DNA from: Hormiphora californensis | Taxonomy: Eukaryota; Animalia; Ctenophora | Assembly (NCBI GenBank): GCA_020137815.1 | Contig: CM035354.1 | Coordinates: forward strand, 6,634,001 to 6,698,000 | Reading direction: 5' to 3' | DNA: 64,000 nt | In this document: piece after piece, positions 12,601 through 23,186 of the stretch | Numbering within the stretch: position 1 is the stretch's first letter | How the letters are laid out: every line of letters begins with the position of its first letter | Translations under genes and position numbers: made by a program | The notes under the pieces: generated by a model | The model's database searches: none | What the model was told of the DNA's origin: nothing | Seen by the model: the letters and a program-made list of their open reading frames with translations, nothing else

Positions 12601-15600
12601 CTCCCATCGACTCTCATCCCATCGTCTCTGACGTGTCAGTCAGGTCGCCCGAAACATTTTATGCCAGGATCGGCGGCGGGGGATAAGTATCAAGACGAGA
12701 CAGATCAACTGAATGCCCAGTTGCCCCCAACATCATTCTTCTTGGAATGGTATCTTCGTTGACAGATACACCATCAGCTGATCCTGAGCAACATGACTCT
12801 GAGCATTGTGCTGTTAGCAGTAGTAGTAGTAGTTTAGCTCGTTTAGAGGTAATACACAGGGCGGGGTGAGAGGGGGTTAATGTCACCCAGTTTTATCTAG
12901 AAATTTAAAATCTCTGGAGGTAGTATTTCATTTAATGGAATGAAATGTCATATCTTAGTTGTCGTACTATCCTGGTCTCGACAAAAAATAAAAATATAAC
13001 CATATTCTAGTTCTACCCCCATATGATATATATGCTAACTTCCCAGACCCGATCTAACCTCCCACCACCATGAAATATCAAGTATACTACTCCTTAACTA
13101 GAAGGTCTAATCTCTAGCTCCCACCATGATAGATCACATATATTTAATTTTAACTCCCTAACCAGATGACAAAACCGCATAACAACCTAGCCCCTGGCCT
13201 CTAACCCGCTCATCTCCCTCCCTAACCCATCATCTCCCCCTCTCCAGATAATCTCCCTTCCTAACAACATCTCCTCTCTCTAGATAATATCCAATCTCCC
13301 TGACCCCTAACCCAACATCTCCCCCTAGACGGGCCAAGAGATCCTCAAGCTGGACAGCGTGGAAAGTTTCTTCAGCAACCTATCAGAATACCACCAGGAC
13401 GGACATGCAGTATCAGGAAAGGATTGGCCCGGTGCCAGCCCCTACATGTCCGCTGTCTCTACCAACCCCAGCAGTATCATGGCTCCCAAATCATCCTCCT
13501 CTTCCATACCATCCGTCTTTCCAGCCGCTACAGGTCAGTTGACAACACCCGGCAAGTTAACACGAGATATTTTCTGAAATCACCTTCCCCTGGCTCTCTC
13601 AAGCTGCCCTGAGATCACACCCCTACCACCTTTAGATCACACCCCTACCACCTTTAGTCAGCCTGAATTTAAGTATATCAAGTTGTGTTTCGTCACACCC
13701 TCTGACCCTAATTCCAAATAAAAATGTGTATGACGGACTGTTAACACTCTGTCCCTATCAGGTCGACTAACAGCCATCCCTCCGGTTCGTAGTGATCCAA
13801 CCTGGTCCGTCCCCTTCAGTACCTTCATACCCAGTAAGTTATACATTTTAGAACTACCCTAACTCTAGAATTTGTCGTAAATCCAACAAGGATTAATTTT
13901 TAATCGAGGTAGCTGCTTATATAACTTGGCTGTAACAATTGTTCTTGATTTCTGTATCCCAATATAATCCCTAACTCCCCGCCTCAGTGAGCCCAGGTCG
14001 AGGTATCCCAGCGTATACAACCCCCTGGCCAGTCCCCAGCGCCAAGTCCTTCACTCCCGGTTTCAGTTCGTCTCCTCCTGTCAGCCAAGCTATAAAAGAG
14101 GAACTGATGGATCGCTCAGTCTCCAGTACTACATTTATTGGGGAGGATTCTAAAGGAAAGGTTGGTTTCAAATAATTTTGTTTGAGATAATACCCCAATA
14201 ACAATCAAATTCTCTTCTCTGAAGCAAGTTACATTTTTTGTAATCTTTGTTTCTTTTGTTAATACATTTTTGGTTAAATTGAATCGGGAGAAGTTCTAGA
14301 ATTGAAAGAAAGCTTTTTATTTCTTTTGTTAAATTTATCGGCAATTTTTTTGCGGTGAATTTATTCTTTTTGCTTTGAAATGTCGCAAATTCTTTCTCTC
14401 TCTCTCATACTTTTTCTAGCCGTGCTCCCTCCATTCTCTCTTCCCTTCGCTCACCCCTTTTTGAGTTACCATTATAGCGACAAGATCGGTGAAGCGTCTT
14501 GTAGCTAAACTGTGACAGGTTTATTAAAAACAAGTAAATAGCTGGGTGTGTGTGCGGTAGCTGAAGAGAGGCCAAGAGCATGGTGTTCCCACTTGACAGT
14601 AAAATGACAAGAACCATTACATCCCCCCTAGCTTCATCTCCCTCTTTTGCTAATACAAGAATGAAGGGATGGTTCTAAATCTTTCTAATCCTTCTGAATC
14701 TTCCCCCAATAGTTCTGAATCCTTCCCCAACTATTATAATATTACCTCTCTCTCCTTGCCTTACTCTACCCTCTCTCACCGTGCCTTGTGCAGTAGCTGA
14801 CACTGCGTTTTATTTAATAAAAAAGACAGCGCACGCTCTGTTCGGCAGAACAAACCATGCCCCCAAATATTGTAAAGGAGTGTTAAAAAACGTAAAACAT
14901 CTCACCCACTCCCCTTGCCTTGTTCGCCCCAAATGTAGAACATGAACATAAACCTCTCCCCCCCTCAGGTTTGATACAACTCCCTATTACTACTCGCCAC
15001 CTGGAACTGCAGCTACCGGCCCTTATTCCCCCTACATGCCGTCCTCATACGCCTGTACACCAACCAAGTCTACCTTCTACACAGGTACATGCCAATTAAT
15101 TAATTAATTAATTGAATTTTATGTTTGGGTCCTATCTCCAGCTAAGTTACACTTTTAGGTCCCTGTTCTAACTACTTACTAACATTGCCCCTCTATTCCC
15201 CAGACCGAACCCTGAGAGAGTGTTCCCGATGTCACATCCCTGTTTCCGGGACGTGCAAAACAAGTGCGGGCAGGCCCATTTGTGATTCATGTAACGAGTG
15301 TTCTGCAGCAGGGCGGGCCATTCGAACCAACAAACACTCCAAGCGAAGAATGGTAAGTTGATCATCCTCATCATTGATCTTCTTCTTCACCATCACATCA
15401 TTGAGATCACTACATTACCTAGTACACCTTCCAGCTGCCTGTTTAGCAAAATAGCATTATTTGACCTATCAGACACGTTAGCAAGAATCCTCTCCCGATT
15501 ATTTCTGAACTGAAAGTCTAAATAAGAATATATCCACAGCTTGGTCCCATATAATATTGAGTGCAACTTGAGCCGCCTCTCTCGCAGCTTCTTATGTCTG

Positions 15601-18600
15601 TACGTCTGTTCGGCAGGCTGGTTAATTTGATTTGGGGACAATTAGGGCAAGCCTTGTAATTCAATAACCTTCGACCGAGAACGAGAGAGAGGGGTCTCTC
15701 ACCCCTCTTGAAATACTGGCATGCGATTGGACGAGAGAAAAAAGGGAATGAAGAGGGAGGGTAGCTCTTTTTTAAAACAGCTGCAGCAGCTCAAGGTGGT
15801 CACGTGTTTCAAGAATATGGTTGAGGTCACTGTGAGCTGAGCCGGGGAAAAAGGGGGAGAAGTTGGCTTTGGACTTGAAGAGAGAGGGAGGAGGAGAGAG
15901 AGGGAGGAGAAAAAATGGTGAGGGAGAGAGAGAGAGAGAGAGAATGAAGGGTGGGGCAACATCACAAAGCGGCTAGGGGGGGGGGCGGGTTGGGTGCGTG
16001 GGGTGTGGTACGGTATAATTAAAAAGTGTCCTTTGCAGGAACTCGAATTGCTATGGAGTGTCGAATGATGGGGCCCCATGGGGTTAGTCGGCTGTTTTTC
16101 ATTAGGTCAGTGGTCGGTCGGGAATATTATTATTAAGAAGAGGTTTGGTTTGGTTCATGGTTTGGTTCATGGTTTGGTTCATGGTTTGGTTTGGAACACT
16201 GTCACCATGGTTTATCAGTGGTATAAGGTGGTGCAGGTGGCCTCCGCGGGTTAGAATTAGTGTGGCAGTGGTACCTTAGTTTAGAGGGAAGCATGTCGAG
16301 ACAGTCAATATAAAAACACTGATAGGGCAAATCAACGTGGTACAAAAATTTACCTTTTTTTGCATTTGCATATCACTCGAGGCTTGTAAAATTTAACATG
16401 GCAAATCAACATGAACAATACTTTGCTGTAAGTGTACCGGTTGACGGTTATGTACTTGATCTAGAACATGGAAAGATGACATGAAAGTATTAGACATCAG
16501 TTTCCGAGATTAGGATTCAATTAACAACTACATAGTTATAAACTACTTGATTTTACAATTGGTGAGGGTATAAATCGAACAAAGAAGAAGAGGTTCCCAG
16601 GCGTGGAACTGAAGAGAGTGAGGGTAGAGCAGCAAATGATAATTTACAGAAGTGTTGCTTCAAATGTGTTACCAGAGCTTTTAACCTGTTTGTTATCATT
16701 CGAGAATCAAATTTAGATAGTGATAAGTTATTGGGGAGATAGTGAAGTGCGGCATTTCTGTCAGTGAAATATATATATTTAGTTCCTCTCTCTCTCCCTT
16801 ACCACCCAGTCCCTCTCCTATCTCTGTCTGAGTCATAAGACACACACGTCGCTATCATTCTCCTAATTCTGTGGCCCCTTCTTCCGGAACCTTCTGTCTG
16901 TGACGTGGTGTCGTGGTAGTGTTTAGGGCACGAGGGTACACGAGCCAGTGCGACTCTCAATCTGGATTCTGGAGTTAGGGCACCATACTGATACCAAGTT
17001 TTAACTATCTGAACCAATACCTCAAACCGATAGTTTTAGTAAAAATAATTTTCCCGCTGCATGCAAAACCCTTTGGGGGTTTTTTCAGGGGCGGGGAGGG
17101 GGGTTGGGAAATATATGTGGGTGGGTTTATCCTCATCCCCCTTTTATTTGGCAGCCCTCTCGCTCCTTCTTCTCGTAAAGTGTTGATAGACATGTGACGT
17201 GTAGAACAGGGGGTTTGTGTGCGGGTGGTTTATCAAAAAATTAGTGTATTTTCTCTCTCTCTCCCCCCTCTCCCCTCTCTCTTTTTTCTTTCCTTCTCTC
17301 TTTTCTTTTCCCCTCCTCTCTCTCTCTCTCTCTCTCTCTCCTCTCCTCCTCTCTCTCTCCGTCTCTCCCCTCTCTCTCTCCTTTTCTCTCCTCTCTCTCT
17401 CTCCCCCCCTCTCTCTCTTTCTCCCTTTCCTCTCTTCCTTTTCTCTTTTTTTTTTTCTTTTCTCTCTCTCTCTCTTTCTCCCCTCCTCCTTCGTCCCCTC
17501 TCCTCCCTCCCTCTCTCTCTCTCTCTCTCTCTTTTCCTCTTCTCCTCTCTCCCAATTTTTCACTTTCCGTTCCTCCTCTCTCCTTTCCTTCCCGCTTTAC
17601 TTTTTCCCCCCACTCTTCCCCCTCTGGAAACGGAAACTTTCCTTTTCTTTTCTTTTCTCTCTCTCTTTCCTCTTCCTTCTCCTTTCTCTCCCTTTTTCTT
17701 CTCTCTCTCTCTCTCTCTCTTTATTTCCCTTTTCTTCCCCTTTTCCCTGTTGTCCTTTCTGTTTACTTCCCATCCAAATCCGACCTCCAAAAAAAGGGGG
17801 AAGGGGTTGGGATTCCCTTCCTTTTCCCCTTGCCCCCGGTTTTTTTCCTCCGTCTTTGTTCGTGCCCCCTTTCATTTCCCCCCCTCTTCCCTTTCCTTTC
17901 CCCTTTTTCCCGGGATTTAATCGAAAGGGTAATTTTTTCGGGGGGTAATCCAATACCAATGATTAGACCACTTAAGGTCCAAACGTAAAAGTTGGGAAAT
18001 TTTTCCTGTTTATTTGGGCCCCCCCAACCCTAAACCCCCAAAAATCCCCAGTTTTGGGAAATTTGTTTTAATTGGGGGTTTTCGAAAAACCCAAAAGACA
18101 GGTAAACCCCGAAAGGGGGAAGAAATAATTTTCGGTTAAATATAACATCTAGCCATGGCCCTTTTTTAATTTGGTTCAAATTTTTAAACCCTTTTAAAAA
18201 TTCCGGGGTTTGTCGTAATTTTAACGTTTTCCAATGGTCGTTTCTTTCTTTCAAAACAAGGGTTTTTAATTTTCCCGGTTTTTGGCCCCAAGGTGGAATC
18301 TTTTGCTCATTAAAAACCAGTTTGGGGGGGGGAGAAAAGTAAAGGGAGGGGGAAAGGGAGAGGGGGGGGAAAAGTGAGGGGGAGAAAAAAAAGGGGGGAG
18401 GGGGAAAAAGGGGGAGGGGGAATAGGGGAGGAAGGGGGGAAAGGGAGAGAGAGATGGGGAGATAAAGAGGGAGGAAGGGAGGGAGGTTAAATTTTTAAAT
18501 TATCCCCTTTCTAACTTCAAAAATATTTTCATCTATATCAATTACCTCTTACAAATGAAAAAAAAAGGTGTGGGCGGGGGTCGCAATGGTAAATAATCCC

Positions 18601-18961
18601 AACAAATTTCCCCATATTTCTCCTTTTTCTTGCCCTTTTTCCCTCCTAATCATTACTAAACAAGCTTATGATTTCATCCCCCCCTCAAAATTTCTTTTCT
18701 TTCGGGGGTTTCAATAAATTTTACGGTCAAGGAAAAATTTTAATTTTCTTTTCCTTTTCCCCGGGGCCTTCTTTTCCGGATTTTTTTTTCCTTTTTTTTC
18801 CCCCCCTTTTTCTTTTCCCCCCCTTTTTTGGGGTTTCCTTTTTTTTTTTTTTCCCCCTCTTTTCCCCCTTTCTTTCTCTTTTCCCTCTCCTTCTCTTCCC
18901 CCCCTTTTTCTTTCCCGTTCTCTTCTCTTTCTTTCTCCCCCTCCCCCCCTTTCTCTTCCCC

Positions 18962-18992
<31 letters not shown>

Positions 18993-21227
18993 CTCCCTCT
19001 CTGTGGAGGAGAGAAGATTGAATTATCTGCACGTGCAGCACCAGTGTATCGCGGCACTAGAGTTATACCCAGAGAATGAGAGAGGGGCCAAGTACCATAC
19101 AATCAGCAAGGGTGACCTGTTTTTTATACGGAACCGTTACTGGAAAGTGAAAGTGGAAGATAAAAGATGGGGAGAGAGAGGGGGGAGAGAGGCGAAAGGG
19201 GGGGGGAGTAGCAGCTTTTTTCTGGTAGGCTGGGCGCCTTTTTGGGAAGGGGAACTGTTTTTTGGTAACCCTTAATCTATATTGGTACTGGTACGGTCAC
19301 CCGATATGCAGAGAAAAAACTGTTGGTGTCATGGAATTCTAACACCCAATTTGCACCAATTTAGTAATAACTGAGTGAGATCCGCGATCTTCCAAATTCC
19401 ATCAATAAACCGTTTCGTATCAACCCCTTCACCATTAGATTGTTGTACAAATAGGATCATGATACTTATATTTTAATGACCAGCAATAAAAGTTTTACAA
19501 TTATCTACCCCAGCCCCCAAGTTTTGAACACCTTCCCTCTCCATTTGAACACATCCCCTCTCTATTTGAACACCTCCCCTCTCCATTTGAACACATCCCC
19601 TCTCCATTTGAACACCTAATTCCCTCTCCATTTGAACACCTCCTCTCTCCATTTGAACACCTCCCCTCTCCATTTGAACACCTCCCCTCTCTATTTGAAC
19701 ACCTCACCTCTCCATTTGAACACCTCCCCTCTCTATTTGAACACCCCACCTCTCCATTCTTCTCTCCAGACACAGGGAACGGGGAACAAAAGACAGGGAA
19801 CCGAATGTAACAACTGTCACACGACGAAGACCACACTTTGGAGGCGGGATGCGGCGGGCCAGGCCGTCTGTAACGCCTGTGGACTCTACTACAAGCTACA
19901 TCATGTACGTAGGGGAGAAAGATAGGTTGCTTTATTTGGTTGCTTTATTTGGAAATTAAGGAGAGTTTATTTTTAGAATTCCCACGGTTCACAGTTCAAT
20001 TTAAACAGCAATATTATTCTGACATCCAATCCCCCCTCTCTCAGCAAAACCGACCCCCCACCATGAAGAAAGATACAATTCAAAGTAGAAACAGGAAACC
20101 TGGTCGGAAGAACACCAAGAAATCTAAACTAGATGGACCAGTAGCAATCCCAGAGAGCTTACAGCAGGTTGAATCAGTGGCTGCAGCAGCTCTGTCTGGT
20201 GTCTCTGGGAGCAGCAGTTTGGGTAGGCTGTACGAGGCTGAACATGCCGCCTTGGTTCATGGATTACCCCACCATGGGCTTCACTCAACCAATCAGGTAA
20301 GAGAGATAAATGCTGTATACGATATTGGATGAATTATTATAATATCTTTCTAGAGTAAATCATACCCCATCATCTTTCCCTAAAGTTCTACTTTATAAAT
20401 GATCAATGCCAGGCATTTCGCTTAAATTGATTAGATTGATTAAATGATTTTCGAATCATATACGGTACGAAAATTAGAATATCTTGCTAAATATGCCCTC
20501 GACAACTTCCTTTCTAGAATAATCATCTTCCATGAATCGCATTTGTTACTGTCATTTCGCTAAAATATGTGACAGATCTCATTTAAACCACTAGAAAGTT
20601 CATATATCTAACTTCCTTTCGTCTCTAACATCCCCGTCATATCTAACATCTCCCTTTGTCTCTAACATCCCCTTCTTCATCTCTAGATGATTGGAGGGCC
20701 GGGTAAACACGGTGACCTGATTGAGTCGAGCGCTGCCGGCCTCTACCCGCACCCCCTGATAAAACAAGAACCCTACAAGTATTATCCCGCTCACATGTTA
20801 ACGGGTTTGGAGGTGATGCAGCACCCGGTGGTCTCCGCACAACCCATCCCTACACTATCCTCCTCCCTCTCATCACCAGATAACACCAACAACAAAGATA
20901 CAGAAATTGGTAGGTTTAGACTTTAGTTGTGTGATTTGTGATTTAGAAATATTATCATAGAGCTGAGTACCCCCGATACCGGCAGAAAGGCAGCTACCCT
21001 TAGCCAGAGCCACAAAGTTTCTGATTGTGATTATGGGGGAAATATTTTATTTTCCAATATAGTAGGAGACACTAGCGTGGTACGCGCAAAAAAATGCGCG
21101 CCACACACCTGTTATTTTAGGTATGTGGCACGCATTTTTTTGCGCGTACCACGCTAGTGTCTCCTACTAATAGATGTCTCTCTAACAGTAACACGAGGCT
21201 CTCTATTCCACAGGTTACAGGGTATAG
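9668..21227 (+). CDS. GATA: GATA transcription factor with a canonical C-finger and a degenerate N-finger
   Basis: Exons 9668-9915, 10424-10520, (alternative first exon 12747-12848), 13329-13533, 13988-14160, 14969-15083, 15204-15352, 19770-19904, 20045-20296, 20687-20909, 21214-21227. The C-finger [33 protein letters not shown] is followed by [17 protein letters not shown]. One junction (14160/14969) is off by one base, probably a homopolymer error. The 5' exons are less certain than the finger exons. Confidence 0.92.
11231..11520. mobile_element. MITE/fold-back element with about 106-bp perfect TIRs (possibly PIF/Harbinger type)
   Basis: ggggaaactctaactgaatggcatccc...gggatgccattcagttagagtttcccc, with an internal nested hairpin. 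The flanks tca/taa form an imperfect 3-bp TSD. Confidence 0.8.
15204..15352 (+). CDS. GATA: GATA N-terminal zinc-finger exon (divergent, C-X2-C-X16-C-X2-C)
   Basis: [50 protein letters not shown], with a cag acceptor (phase 1) and gtaagt donor (phase 0). It splices in frame to the C-finger exon. Confidence 0.8.
19521..19752. repeat. Tandem minisatellite, 21-22 bp unit, about 11 copies, abutting the C-finger acceptor
   Basis: Unit ccatttgaacacctcccctct repeated. Confidence 0.93.
19770..19904 (+). CDS. GATA: GATA C-terminal zinc-finger exon
   Basis: [47 protein letters not shown]2-C-X17-C-X2-C, with AG/GT boundaries. Confidence 0.97.
21060..21169. mobile_element. 110-bp palindromic MITE in the last GATA intron
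   Basis: tagtaggagacactagcgtggtacgcgcaaaaaaatgcg...cgcatttttttgcgcgtaccacgctagtgtctcctacta; TA-bounded. Confidence 0.8.
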
Positions 21228-22422
21228 AACACATTATCGTATCAGCGGGGATATCGTTTCAGAAAAGTACAGCACTACACGCGGCGGGGATAATATCTCC
21301 TTGCGAGAGAGATCATTGATCAAGTTGTTTTATTGTGGATTTTCAATATGTTTTTGCCTCTTTTAGTTATAACGCTGCTAAAATTATAGGCTGAGATTAA
21401 CATGTAATAAGTGATTATTCTGTGTACGTGTACGTGTGTGTTTTTGCAAAGACTGGATATGTATGGAGATCAGATTTCTTAGATTTGACTGATGAGCCAT
21501 CATTATTATCATCCTAATCAAGCTAATAACTTAAAACTATAATTGTATCCTAAATAGTTTAGTTAACTATTATATTGGATGTCTCTCATTACGTTTATAC
21601 GACTTTTTTACGTTTTTTATAAAGTGCGTTCCTTGTTTTTAAGTTTTAAAATGAGTGTTGAGAAAGGGTTGGTACGAAAAATTAAACTAAGTACTAGGGT
21701 CTAGACCGGTCTTCTTTAATTCTTTGTTTTCAACTTTTTAGTAACTTATGATACCATAATGGCTACTTAATTTATGAAAGTTGATTAGATATGCGTCCAT
21801 GTTGTTGTCGAAAACCCTACTAGCTGTCCATCCATTAATTGATTAAGAAAGGCCCAAAAATATATTCAAGACTAGAATTAAATATAAAGATAATTCAGCT
21901 ATCTTTCCTTGTCATTGCAATGACAATGCATTGTCTAACTCTAAAGATGTCACATTTTGTACTAAGCTATGTTAATTTAAGTGTTCAATGTAAATCCTTT
22001 TTGTGTGAGGGGTGTGAAATCTGATAGATCAAGATTTTAGCTGATATTGATAGCAGAGGATTGAAATTTAATAGTTATCTTTTTTCAATTCCGCCCTTCA
22101 CACATCAAGCAAAACCCATTTGCATTGTAACCGGCTTTACTTATGGGTTAATGTATTCAACTCGATATGAATGTTGAATTGGGAAACCACAAAAAACCTT
22201 GTTTCTTATTTTGACACATAATTTGTACAGTTGGACGGAACGCGCGAAATTAATCATTTTCTGAAGTTTTTAAAGACGCGCGTTTCAAATCTCTCAAGGC
22301 CGCGCGAGCAGTTCGGTCCAATTAAATTGAAAAACTTGCCCGTTTACAAAAATTTCAGCTTCCTTTTTTTGGATTTTCCACTTTTTCTTCACCTGCGTCC
22401 TGCCCTACAGTCTGCATCAAAC

Positions 22423-22798
22423 GGTAAGCGGTAAAGGTTGACCCGTCTCCTGAGAATTTAAAACTGTTTTGGCCATAACTCAGCCATTTCTTGACCAATT
22501 TGCAAAATCTTGGGCTCATTGGAAAGAAGACATTAAGATATTTAAAATGAGCCCAATAAAATGAAAATTGGCGCAAATTGCGCGGCGTAGTGGCGAAAAC
22601 GCGCATTTTGCGCCGTTGCGCCGCGCAAAGCCGCGCAATTTGCGCCGATTTTGATTTTCTTGGGCTCATCTAATCTGAAAGAGCTCAATGTCCTCTTTCC
22701 AACGTGCCCAATATTTTGCAAATTAGTCAAGAAATGGCTGAGTTATGGCCAAATAAAAATATAATTCTCAGGAGACGGGTCAACCTTTACCGCTTACC
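22423..22798. mobile_element. Non-autonomous Mutator-like (MULE) fold-back element with a 9-bp TSD
   Basis: Ends are ggtaagcggtaaaggttgacccgtctcctgagaatt and aattctcaggagacgggtcaacctttaccgcttacc, and the arms stay complementary almost to the centre. TSD gcatcaaac at 22414-22422 and 22799-22807. Confidence 0.88.
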
Positions 22799-23186
22799 GC
22801 ATCAAACATTCATACTTGAAGTCCCTTATTAATGGTGTGTTTTATCACGATTAAGTGTCGCTTCGAGCTTTACGGAACACCCCAAAAAAGGCGTCTGTAG
22901 CTGCAGCCACCTGCCACTGTCCGGAGGCGCCGACCCGACCTGAGCTTGAGATCCTATGAGCATCAAAACGGGGAACGGGCCTGTTAAATAACCTTGCTGG
23001 ATGCAGTTTTGTTTGCCATTATTCTAGATGATCGATCACAATGAGTTTAAAACAACACATAAATGTATCACTTTTGAAAGTGAGCGAGTATGTCAAGCGT
23101 AGGCTGTTGGTGTGTGCTCCATTATTTTACACTATAAAGTGGTATATATAAATGATTATATTACATCCCATAATTGTTCGTTGTTA

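Noticed and set aside
17030-19280. Long ORFs (for example 17217-17948) rich in L/S/F/P or R/E/K/G
   Set aside because: They are translations of CT/GA repeats and homopolymer-inflated, low-quality sequence.
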